In this document: piece by piece, positions 24,908 through 32,000 of the stretch
Layout: each line of letters opens with the position of its first letter
Position numbering within the stretch: position 1 is the stretch's first letter
Origin: an uncultured Mycoplasmatota bacterium
Lineage (GTDB): Bacteria > Bacillota_I > Bacilli_A > RF39 > UBA660
Length of the DNA stretch: 32,000 nucleotides
Direction of reading: 5' to 3'
NCBI GenBank assembly: GCA_948465965.1
Contig: CAOJYR010000001.1
Coordinates: forward strand, 40,353 to 72,352
Made by a program: the position numbers and the translations under genes
The notes under the pieces: model-generated
Told to the model about the DNA's origin: nothing
Seen by the model: the letters and a program-made list of their open reading frames with translations, nothing else
Databases searched by the model: none

Positions 24908-25594
24908 CTATAACCGCCTACCACAGCTAGGACAAAATTTAGAATCCTCTTCAATCTTTGTACCACAGTTTGGACAAAAGCTAGTTTTTATTGACTGTTC
25001 ATTTAAAACCTCAACATCACTTACACTATTTGCTGTATTTACAGTGTTGCCATTATTATTCACATTTTGACTAGCAGTATTATTTGCAGAGTTACTGTTG
25101 AATTTATTCATGATAACATCATCCATTGGTTTAGGACCTAAGTACTCACTTTTTCCAACACCCAAAGCTAACATAAAAAATGGTTGTAGGAAAAATAATC
25201 CAACTGCCCATCCAGTATCCTTCCCAAAACTATTTGCTAAACTAACATATAACAATATTGAGAAATAAATAGATACAGCGGCACATAATAAAGATCCAAA
25301 CACTGGAATAATATTACAAATTGGTGAAAGTAAAACAATCAATATCCACCAAGGATTAACTCCTGTAATTTTACACAACATATAGGTATTGTAAAATGGA
25401 ATCAATGCTGGCCATCCAGGTTGTCCTGCTTTCTTAAGAACTTTCCATTGACCTACAATTCCAATAATACCAACAATTAAAGCTATCAGTACAATAACTC
25501 CAACAAATATCATCAACCCTGCAAAAATACCTCCTACTGCACTAGCAGTATCATAACTACTATATAAATCATATCCATTAGCATAACTATCCAT
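24908..25594 (-). CDS. DUF5684-type membrane protein with a C-terminal zinc ribbon
   Basis: WKVLKKAGQPGWPALIPFYNTYMLCKI core, multiple TM segments, and the C-terminal motif CPNCG...CPSCG. Confidence 0.6.
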   Translation of the reverse strand: MDSYANGYDLYSSYDTASAVGGIFAGLMIFVGVIVLIALIVGIIGIVGQWKVLKKAGQPGWPALIPFYNTYMLCKITGVNPWWILIVLLSPICNIIPVFGSLLCAAVSIYFSILLYVSLANSFGKDTGWAVGLFFLQPFFMLALGVGKSEYLGPKPMDDVIMNKFNSNSANNTASQNVNNNGNTVNTANSVSDVEVLNEQSIKTSFCPNCGTKIEEDSKFCPSCGRRL

Positions 25595-25599
25595 AATTT

Positions 25600-26856
25600 T
25601 TACCTCCTCATTTCTAATAGATTACATATTGCCTTCATCAACCCAATTTTTCCATAAGGATAAGTTAATGAACCTTGCATATATGCTATATACGGCTCTC
25701 TAATAGGTCCATCACAAGAAAGCTCTATAGAAGAACCTTGTGTAAATGACCCACTGGCCATAATCACCTTATCATCATAACCCGGCATATCCCATGCTTC
25801 TACTATTGCATTAGAATCTACTGGAGAAGCTTGTTGAATCCCTCTTGTAAATTCAATTAGTTTATCCGGATCATGAAAAATGATATTTTGTACAATATCT
25901 GCACGTTTTTCATTATATTTAGGTTCTACATCGTATCCTAACTCTTCCATAACACGACTTGTTAAAACCGCAGTTTTTAAGGCAGAAGCCACAACAGATG
26001 GAGCCATAAATACACCTTGTAAAATCTGCTTGTTTATTCCAAGGGATGGACCAACCTCTCTTCCTTCGCCTGGTAAAGTAAGTCTTTCAGCACATAATTC
26101 AATCAAATCACGCCTTCCTGCAATATAAGCGCCATTTGGTGCAATACCTCCACCAAGATTTTTAATTAGTGAACCAACAATAACATCAGCACCTACATGA
26201 GTAGGTTCATATCGACCTACCATTTCACAATAACAGTTATCAACCATAATAATAACATCACTATCAATATTTTTAATTATCTTAATAACTTTCTCTAATT
26301 TTTCTAAAGAAAGACTTTTCCTTGTTGAATATCCCTTACTCCTTTGAATTTCAACTACTCTAACCTTATTGTCTTTCAAATATTTTTCTATTTTATTATA
26401 ATCAAAATCATCATCAACTAAATCAATTTGATCATAGAAAATACCAAAACTTTTTAAAGAACTTTTATTTTCCTTAATACCAATAACTTCATCTAATGTA
26501 TCATAAGGTTTCCCACTAATACTCAATAGTAAATCTCCTGGACGTAAAAGAGCAAATAAACAAACAGTTAAAGCATGACTTCCCGAAATAAATTGACTTC
26601 GAACCAAAGCATCTTCACTTTCTAAAATATCTTTAAAAATATCTTCAATTACATCTCGTCCTACGTCATTATAACCATAACCTGTCGTCGCATTAAAATG
26701 TCCCTCCACTACTTGATTCTTATGAAAACTATTAAGAACCTTTAAGCTATTATATGAACAATCATCATCTATCTTTCTAAATTCTTCTAAACAATCTCTC
26801 TCACATTTATCAACGAGCTCTATCACTTCTTTACTAATACCTAAACTACTTTCCAA
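25600..26856 (-). CDS. PLP-dependent aluminium-resistance/YnbB-family protein (Cys/Met-metabolism fold)
   Basis: Length and motifs (TGYGYNDVGRD, ISGSHAL, GSLIKNLGG with the Lys) are typical of the YnbB family. Confidence 0.7.
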   Translation of the reverse strand: MESSLGISKEVIELVDKCERDCLEEFRKIDDDCSYNSLKVLNSFHKNQVVEGHFNATTGYGYNDVGRDVIEDIFKDILESEDALVRSQFISGSHALTVCLFALLRPGDLLLSISGKPYDTLDEVIGIKENKSSLKSFGIFYDQIDLVDDDFDYNKIEKYLKDNKVRVVEIQRSKGYSTRKSLSLEKLEKVIKIIKNIDSDVIIMVDNCYCEMVGRYEPTHVGADVIVGSLIKNLGGGIAPNGAYIAGRRDLIELCAERLTLPGEGREVGPSLGINKQILQGVFMAPSVVASALKTAVLTSRVMEELGYDVEPKYNEKRADIVQNIIFHDPDKLIEFTRGIQQASPVDSNAIVEAWDMPGYDDKVIMASGSFTQGSSIELSCDGPIREPYIAYMQGSLTYPYGKIGLMKAICNLLEMRR

Positions 26857-26889
26857 TATATCACCTCCTTCTTTAAACCATGAACCATA

Positions 26890-27633
26890 TTATCCATTAT
26901 ACCTTCCACCATCAACTCGAATAACACTATCATTAATATAACTCGCCTTACTACTAGCCAAAAAGGCAACTGTTTTCGCAATCTCCTCTGGATTTGCAAA
27001 TCTCTTTAATAATATCTTTTTCTTCTCTTCTTCAATCTGTTCAATAGATAAATCTTTATTCATATCCGTTTTCACCCAACCCGGACAAACACAATTAACA
27101 TTTATATAAGGAGAAAATTCTCTCGCCATATTATGAGTTAAAGAAATAACCCCTGCTTTAGAAGCATCATAATCACAAGACTCTGGATAGTAAGAATCAA
27201 TTGCATTAGTAGATGAAATATTAATAATTTTACCACTCTTATTCGATAACATAATAGGTGCTACATACTTACTACATAAATAAGTACCAATTAAATTAAT
27301 ATCTAAAATTCTTCTAAAGTTGTTAACACTCTTATCGAAAAATAAGCTATCCTTACAAATACTAGCATTATTAACTAAAATATCAATTCTACCAAATGTA
27401 TCTGTAATGGTATTAACCATCACTTCTACCTCTTCCTCATTAGAAATATCACAACGAATACAAAGAACCTCTACATCATAATTTTCCTTTATATAATTCT
27501 GTAATTCAACAGCTTCGTTTTCATGTTTATTATAATTAATCACAACGTTAACTCCTGCTTTAGCAAATTCCTCTATAATACTTTTACCAATTCCCCTACT
27601 ACTACCAGTAACTAACGCAACTATACCACTCAT
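26890..27633 (-). CDS. short-chain dehydrogenase/reductase (FabG-like)
   Basis: TGSSRGIG cofactor motif, NNAS, and the catalytic YxxxK (YDASKAG). ATG 27633 lies 8 nt after GGAG. Confidence 0.85.
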   Translation of the reverse strand: MSGIVALVTGSSRGIGKSIIEEFAKAGVNVVINYNKHENEAVELQNYIKENYDVEVLCIRCDISNEEEVEVMVNTITDTFGRIDILVNNASICKDSLFFDKSVNNFRRILDINLIGTYLCSKYVAPIMLSNKSGKIINISSTNAIDSYYPESCDYDASKAGVISLTHNMAREFSPYINVNCVCPGWVKTDMNKDLSIEQIEEEKKKILLKRFANPEEIAKTVAFLASSKASYINDSVIRVDGGRYNG

Positions 27634-27656
27634 AAAACCCACTCCATCATACTCTG

Positions 27657-27685
27657 ATTATATCGAAAAAGACATCAAAACTCAA
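27657..27685 (-). promoter_or_regulatory. candidate sigma-A promoter TTGAGT-17 nt-TATAAT for the SDR/ynbB operon
   Basis: -35 box at 27685-27680, -10 box at 27662-27657, about 24 nt upstream of the ATG. Confidence 0.4.
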
Positions 27686-27944
27686 GAACTAATAAAATAA
27701 ATAACTTAATTTCATTACCCTCTACTATAACAACTAAAAATATAAATACCTTTTATTTAATTTCACTTTCATTAATATCATATATATCATAATTATCTAA
27801 AATATTTCTAGCAATATTAAATATTACTTTTATAATGTGCAATTAATTATTATCTTCTATTTTTATAGTTATAATTCTACATAAAGAAAAACATCACAAT
27901 TATAAAATTATGATGCCAAAATAAAATTACTAATTCTTTTTCTT

Positions 27945-28220
27945 TTATTTACCATAATACTGAATGTTTTTACATAATACAGCGCTACTTCTTTTAGTTC
28001 CTACTACACCATCACATAAAGTAGAGGGAAATTCTCTTTCATTGTATTCTTCTAGCTCGCGTTTCTCTTCTAATTTTATATTTTCCATTTCTTCTATTCG
28101 CTTCATTCTCTTATTATATAGTTCTGTTCTTTTTTTACTATTAGATCTATTTATTTTATATTTCGTACTAGTTTGCTCATTTAGTTCTTTAAGATTTAAT
28201 TTCTTAAGTCTTTTTTTCAT
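27945..28220 (-). CDS. hypothetical Lys/Glu-rich small protein
   Basis: Open frame with a coiled-coil-like composition. The strand choice over the overlapping + strand ORF rests on the hydrophilic, non-repetitive sequence and an upstream GGAGGGG. Confidence 0.35.
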   Translation of the reverse strand: MKKRLKKLNLKELNEQTSTKYKINRSNSKKRTELYNKRMKRIEEMENIKLEEKRELEEYNEREFPSTLCDGVVGTKRSSAVLCKNIQYYGK

Positions 28221-28267
28221 TCAGACCCCTCCTATAACAATTTATTTACCATATATAATAATACAAT

Positions 28268-30055
28268 TTATTTAAATAGTCTATCTTTTTCTTTCCTTTT
28301 AATCTTTTTCTTAGACTTATGTTTGATAACTCCTATAGCACCACCAACACTTCCTATAGCAAAAGCTATCGATCCTAAAGCCAAAGGATAATCTACTCGA
28401 TTAAACTCCTTAATAGAAAATTCATCTTCAGAAGCAACAGAGTCAGTATTTACCAATTCCTTAGTATAATCTACCAAACAAAAATTAATATCTAAATGAC
28501 CTAATCCATTATAAGCACCAGCACCAATCGCGCTATCAGTAGACTGTGCCATAACAGCTCCATAATCCTTATTTAAAACACTTGAAGGTACAACATCTTC
28601 AAACAATACATCTTGATTTTCACCTGTATATTGATCTCCACCAGCAATCCAAAGTTCAAATTTTTCACCTAAATCATAATCTACACACTCTTGTAAGTAC
28701 TTAAACCCCGACTGATTACAATAAATTCCTGGAATATAGCCAGATAAAGATACTTTATCATTCCATATCTTTAACATATCTTTTACATACTTCTTAGATA
28801 AAATATCTTTTAAAGATTTTCCCTTAGGAGCTTCAATATCAAAATAAACAGGATAATCAATTCTTTTATTATTTAGATTCTTTAAAGTAAACTCCACCTG
28901 TTCCTTTTGTTTCTTATTAAACTCTTTAATATCACTACAATTCCGTAAATCAAATCCATTATAACAATAAACACCAATAGGAATATTACTTGTATTGCAA
29001 TTTAAAGCATTCACCTCAAAACAAGAATCAACATTTAACCCTTGAGAACACTTCAAAATAATAAAATCAAACTGATCGCGTAACTTATCCCAATCAGGAC
29101 TACTACCTTGTGCATAAGAAATATCACAACCTCTAAGTGGAGTAGAAACCCTCATATACTCACCACTACCAATAGGTCCAACTTTCCCAATAATCATAGG
29201 AATTCTAAGTACAGTTCCAACATGAACATCCTCTTTATGCATTTCATTAAACTCTAAAAGTTCATTTACACTCATACCATACTGCAAAGCAATATCCAAC
29301 AAATCATCATCCTTATCAAAAATATAAGCACCATCTGTTGTAAATTTATCTTTAAGATTAAGCTTTCTCTTCTTAATAGCTTTAGCTAAATTTGTCTTAG
29401 AGTATATGTTTCCCTCTAAATCCTTATAAACGTTATAATCTCCATTATATTGAATAGAATCATCATCCATAACCAAAAAAGCATCATAATTAGTAATACC
29501 ACAATATTTTTTTACGCGACATAAATTAGTATCTGTACCATAAAGTCCTACGTAAATATTATTGGCAGAACACTTCTCTAAAAAATCTTTCATTAATTTT
29601 GTTTTCATCTCAACATTTAAATCATCATTAGTAATAATTCCATCAATATTTAAATAAACTGGATAATCAATAGAATAGTTAGATAAAATTCCCTTTACAT
29701 ACTCAACATCATCATAAATAGCATCCTCAGTAGTAGAATCAGTTGATAAAACTATTCCTAAAGAAATAGAATGTTCATTACAGTATTTGATTTTTTTCTT
29801 TTGAAAGTGAACACTAACATCATCATGGTCACCCACATCCAAAACAACAAAATTATTCTCACGTACATCATTAAAGAAAGGAACCATTTGATCAATCCCA
29901 AAATCAAAAAAATCATCATACCCAACTGTATTCTCTTTTGTACCATCGTTATAATTTATTCTTTTCTTAATACCAAAATACCCTCCTGTACCAAGTAAGG
30001 CAATCGTAGTACCTAAAGCAAGAACTCTTTTCCAATTAACTCTTAAATTTCTCAT
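28268..30055 (-). CDS. membrane-anchored GH25 muramidase with a LysM domain and a degenerate N-terminal GH25-like domain
   Basis: GCDISYAQGSSPDWDKL...DFIILKCSQG...YPVYFDIE matches GH25. The LysM domain reads DIALQYGMSVNELLEFNEMHKEDVHVGTVLRIP. There is an N-terminal signal anchor and a C-terminal TM with a basic tail. ATG 30055 lies 3 nt after GGGGGAG. Confidence 0.75.
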   Translation of the reverse strand: MRNLRVNWKRVLALGTTIALLGTGGYFGIKKRINYNDGTKENTVGYDDFFDFGIDQMVPFFNDVRENNFVVLDVGDHDDVSVHFQKKKIKYCNEHSISLGIVLSTDSTTEDAIYDDVEYVKGILSNYSIDYPVYLNIDGIITNDDLNVEMKTKLMKDFLEKCSANNIYVGLYGTDTNLCRVKKYCGITNYDAFLVMDDDSIQYNGDYNVYKDLEGNIYSKTNLAKAIKKRKLNLKDKFTTDGAYIFDKDDDLLDIALQYGMSVNELLEFNEMHKEDVHVGTVLRIPMIIGKVGPIGSGEYMRVSTPLRGCDISYAQGSSPDWDKLRDQFDFIILKCSQGLNVDSCFEVNALNCNTSNIPIGVYCYNGFDLRNCSDIKEFNKKQKEQVEFTLKNLNNKRIDYPVYFDIEAPKGKSLKDILSKKYVKDMLKIWNDKVSLSGYIPGIYCNQSGFKYLQECVDYDLGEKFELWIAGGDQYTGENQDVLFEDVVPSSVLNKDYGAVMAQSTDSAIGAGAYNGLGHLDINFCLVDYTKELVNTDSVASEDEFSIKEFNRVDYPLALGSIAFAIGSVGGAIGVIKHKSKKKIKRKEKDRLFK

Positions 30056-30198
30056 AGACTCCCCCTTAAAAGCAAGAATAATTATAACATAAAATAAATA
30101 ATTATACAACAATAATATGCTAAATCATAATACCCTCATCAAGAAAAAAGGATGAATTTTCATCACCTCTATATATAACATAAATCTATAAAAATATA

Positions 30199-31383
30199 TT
30201 ATTTCAAATTTTCACTTATCTCATTACTATATAAAAATTCACCCGTACCAGCATTATAATATGTTTTATCATTTACTACATCGTATAAACAAGGAATATT
30301 ATTTAGATCTAAGGCAGGTAAATAATATCTAATTAAATTACCATTTTCATAAATTTTACAAGAATAGAGTTTCATATACATAACTTTTCGGTTGTAAGGA
30401 GTATTTGTCTTATTGTCAGTTGCCATTGCAAATAATAAATATGTAGAAGCATATGATGAGTAGGCACCATTCCAATTTTTTGTTGAAATTAGTATATCAT
30501 CTATATACAAACTAGAATTCCAATTATAGGCATTTTGCTTAAAAAGATGACGCTTTCCATCATTTATAAATTCATTTTGTAATACAACGGAACCACTCAT
30601 TCTAAACCGATTATTACTATCTATTACTATCTGAAAGTGTACATTAGCACCAATATATGTTCCTTTATTCCTTTCAATATTATCTACTGCTGCATCTAAT
30701 TCAATAGATACATCTACAGAGGTAATATTTATGTAATTAGGATTAATATATGCATAGTTATCTTTATTATATAAATAACTTATTTTTTTATATCCCTCCG
30801 GTAATTTTATATAATCATGTTCTACAGAGACAGCTGATGAATCTGCTTGGACATAGTTTATACTAAACGATAAGTTTAGTATTATTTCTGTAGTCGGTAA
30901 GTCTGATGCTGTTATATCCTTCTTAAATTCGACTCTTACTTTTATTCCTTCCTTTTTGTCTGCTGCCAATAATTGTTTTTCAGAAACAATAGCTCCACTA
31001 CTATACATTACTGTGTAGTCTAAATATTTTGCTTGCTCTTCTGTGACTCCTGTTTTTACTATACTAGATACCATAGCATCGATTGTTCCTTTATTTACCT
31101 CATCTACACTAAACTCATAAAAATCTCCTGGTGTATTTAAACTTACTCCAAAGTTTACTGTTGTCTTATTTGCATCTATCTCAGCTGGATTTGTCGCAGT
31201 TACACTTCCATCTGTAACACGCAAATTATCAAAGTGTATATCCCAACTTACTTTATTAATTGTTGTAGTTCCAAAGATATTTAGGTTACTCGTTAGTATA
31301 GCATATCCTACTCCTACGAATAAGACTAATCCAGAGATTAAGACTAAATATAAATGTATTTCCTTCTTTCGATTAAGTGCCAT
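30199..31383 (-). CDS. membrane-anchored hypothetical surface protein
   Basis: AGGAGAG RBS, an N-terminal anchor LVLISGLVLFVGVGYAILTSNLNI, and a beta-rich extracellular part. Confidence 0.5.
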   Translation of the reverse strand: MALNRKKEIHLYLVLISGLVLFVGVGYAILTSNLNIFGTTTINKVSWDIHFDNLRVTDGSVTATNPAEIDANKTTVNFGVSLNTPGDFYEFSVDEVNKGTIDAMVSSIVKTGVTEEQAKYLDYTVMYSSGAIVSEKQLLAADKKEGIKVRVEFKKDITASDLPTTEIILNLSFSINYVQADSSAVSVEHDYIKLPEGYKKISYLYNKDNYAYINPNYINITSVDVSIELDAAVDNIERNKGTYIGANVHFQIVIDSNNRFRMSGSVVLQNEFINDGKRHLFKQNAYNWNSSLYIDDILISTKNWNGAYSSYASTYLLFAMATDNKTNTPYNRKVMYMKLYSCKIYENGNLIRYYLPALDLNNIPCLYDVVNDKTYYNAGTGEFLYSNEISENLK

Positions 31384-31464
31384 ATCTTCTCTCCTACTAT
31401 ATATTTAAATAATACTATCACTATAAAATCTTCTAAATATTCCTATATGAAATAAAACAAAAAA

Positions 31465-32000
31465 TCAATATTTTATTTTATACTTTTCTATTTCCACTAC
31501 TGGACGTACACCAAAGTAAGAAGAATTTTTTACATCATATATATCAAGACTACGATTATATCCAGACACACGCCAAGCAGTTGATGAATCTTTTATGGTT
31601 TCTATCCAATACCCATGTGATATTTGACTATTAGAATACATTGTATTCTCTAGTAAATATTTACATTTTGCTAATAAACTTCCTGTACTTGTAATAGGTC
31701 TAATTCTATCATAACACATATTTTGTATCTCATGATATGTTAAAAATCTGGCAGAATATCCAGAATAATCAAATGTAGTATATTGATTCTTACTTTCATC
31801 GCTGATAGTCCTTACCTTATTAAACAAATCAACTTTACTCCACTGTAATCTTGTCGGCAACTGCAAAACTGATACTACTGGACCAGCCTCTGCTGTACTT
31901 GAGGTTAAAGCATACGCAAAATTTCTAGTATTATTTGGAAGTCCTTTAGCTACATTATTATAATAAATCAATACTGCATAATTATTATTTTCATCTAAAT
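31465..32000 (-). CDS. hypothetical protein ending in a W...S...GVRP module (same fold class as the DGR VR module), 5' end outside the window
   Basis: C-terminus HGYWIETIKDSSTAWRVSGYNRSLDIYDVKNSSYFGVRPVVEI. The frame stays open to position 32000. Confidence 0.5.
   Translation of the reverse strand, partial: LDENNNYAVLIYYNNVAKGLPNNTRNFAYALTSSTAEAGPVVSVLQLPTRLQWSKVDLFNKVRTISDESKNQYTTFDYSGYSARFLTYHEIQNMCYDRIRPITSTGSLLAKCKYLLENTMYSNSQISHGYWIETIKDSSTAWRVSGYNRSLDIYDVKNSSYFGVRPVVEIEKYKIKY

Noticed and set aside
1429-29998. Other internal antisense or overlapping track ORFs (1429..1644, 1655..1894, 3814..4014, 5641..5925, 7953..8189, 12756..12971, 16192..16482, 25880..26128, 27964..28275, 29758..29946, 29771..29998)
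   Set aside because: Each lies wholly inside a longer gene with recognisable motifs on the other strand or in another frame. Their composition is low-complexity and AT-codon driven, and they lack RBSs.
28268-32000. Prophage lysis or tail module (GH25 lysin plus neighbouring unknown proteins)
   Set aside because: No holin, terminase, capsid, tail, integrase or att-like features are visible. The GH25 protein is anchored in the membrane at both ends, unlike an endolysin.
1-32000. CRISPR arrays, rRNA genes, IS elements with terminal inverted repeats
   Set aside because: No regularly spaced short repeats, rRNA-like conserved blocks or recognisable IS transposases were seen. The only repeats found are the TR/VR pair, the PD-(D/E)XK paralogs and the 13-nt promoter duplication.

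Overview
AT-rich chromosomal segment from a low-GC, apparently endospore-forming Bacillota genome, with nearly all genes on the minus strand. The backbone is the Bacillus-type block rpsU, yqeY, yqfC, yqfD, ybeY, dgkA, cdd, era, yqzL, recO, glyQS, where glyQS has a T-box leader. It is followed by sporulation and cell-envelope genes (GerM-like, GerE-like, SpoIIIAH-like, GH25/LysM muramidase). The main finding is an island of about 8 kb (roughly 4.45-12.53 kb) inserted between recO and glyQS and bracketed by two paralogous PD-(D/E)XK (Rpn/YhgA-like) genes. The island carries a complete diversity-generating retroelement (DGR): an Avd-like gene, a 74-nt template repeat (TR, 10763-10836), a reverse transcriptase with the DGR-type LGxxxSQ and YMDD motifs, and a 74-nt variable repeat (VR, 9249-9322). 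TR and VR differ at 11 positions, and all 11 are adenines of the TR coding strand. The target arrangement is unusual. The VR lies in a small WYWTSS...ARPAL module directly upstream of, and in frame with, a MoxR-like AAA+ ATPase. That ATPase is followed by a Walker-A-less AAA-like protein and an HExxH-metallopeptidase/VWA protein. The TR carries an in-frame TAA, the VR currently carries TAG at the same codon, and the VR module has no canonical start codon. The frame from the RT start to the ATPase stop is broken only by the RT stop codon and this TAG. Other items missing from the ORF track are a two-peptide double-glycine bacteriocin pair with an immunity-like peptide next to a C39-ABC exporter, a YjcZ-like 50-aa peptide, a yqzL micro-ORF, tRNA-Arg(TCT), and a candidate 6S-like small RNA.
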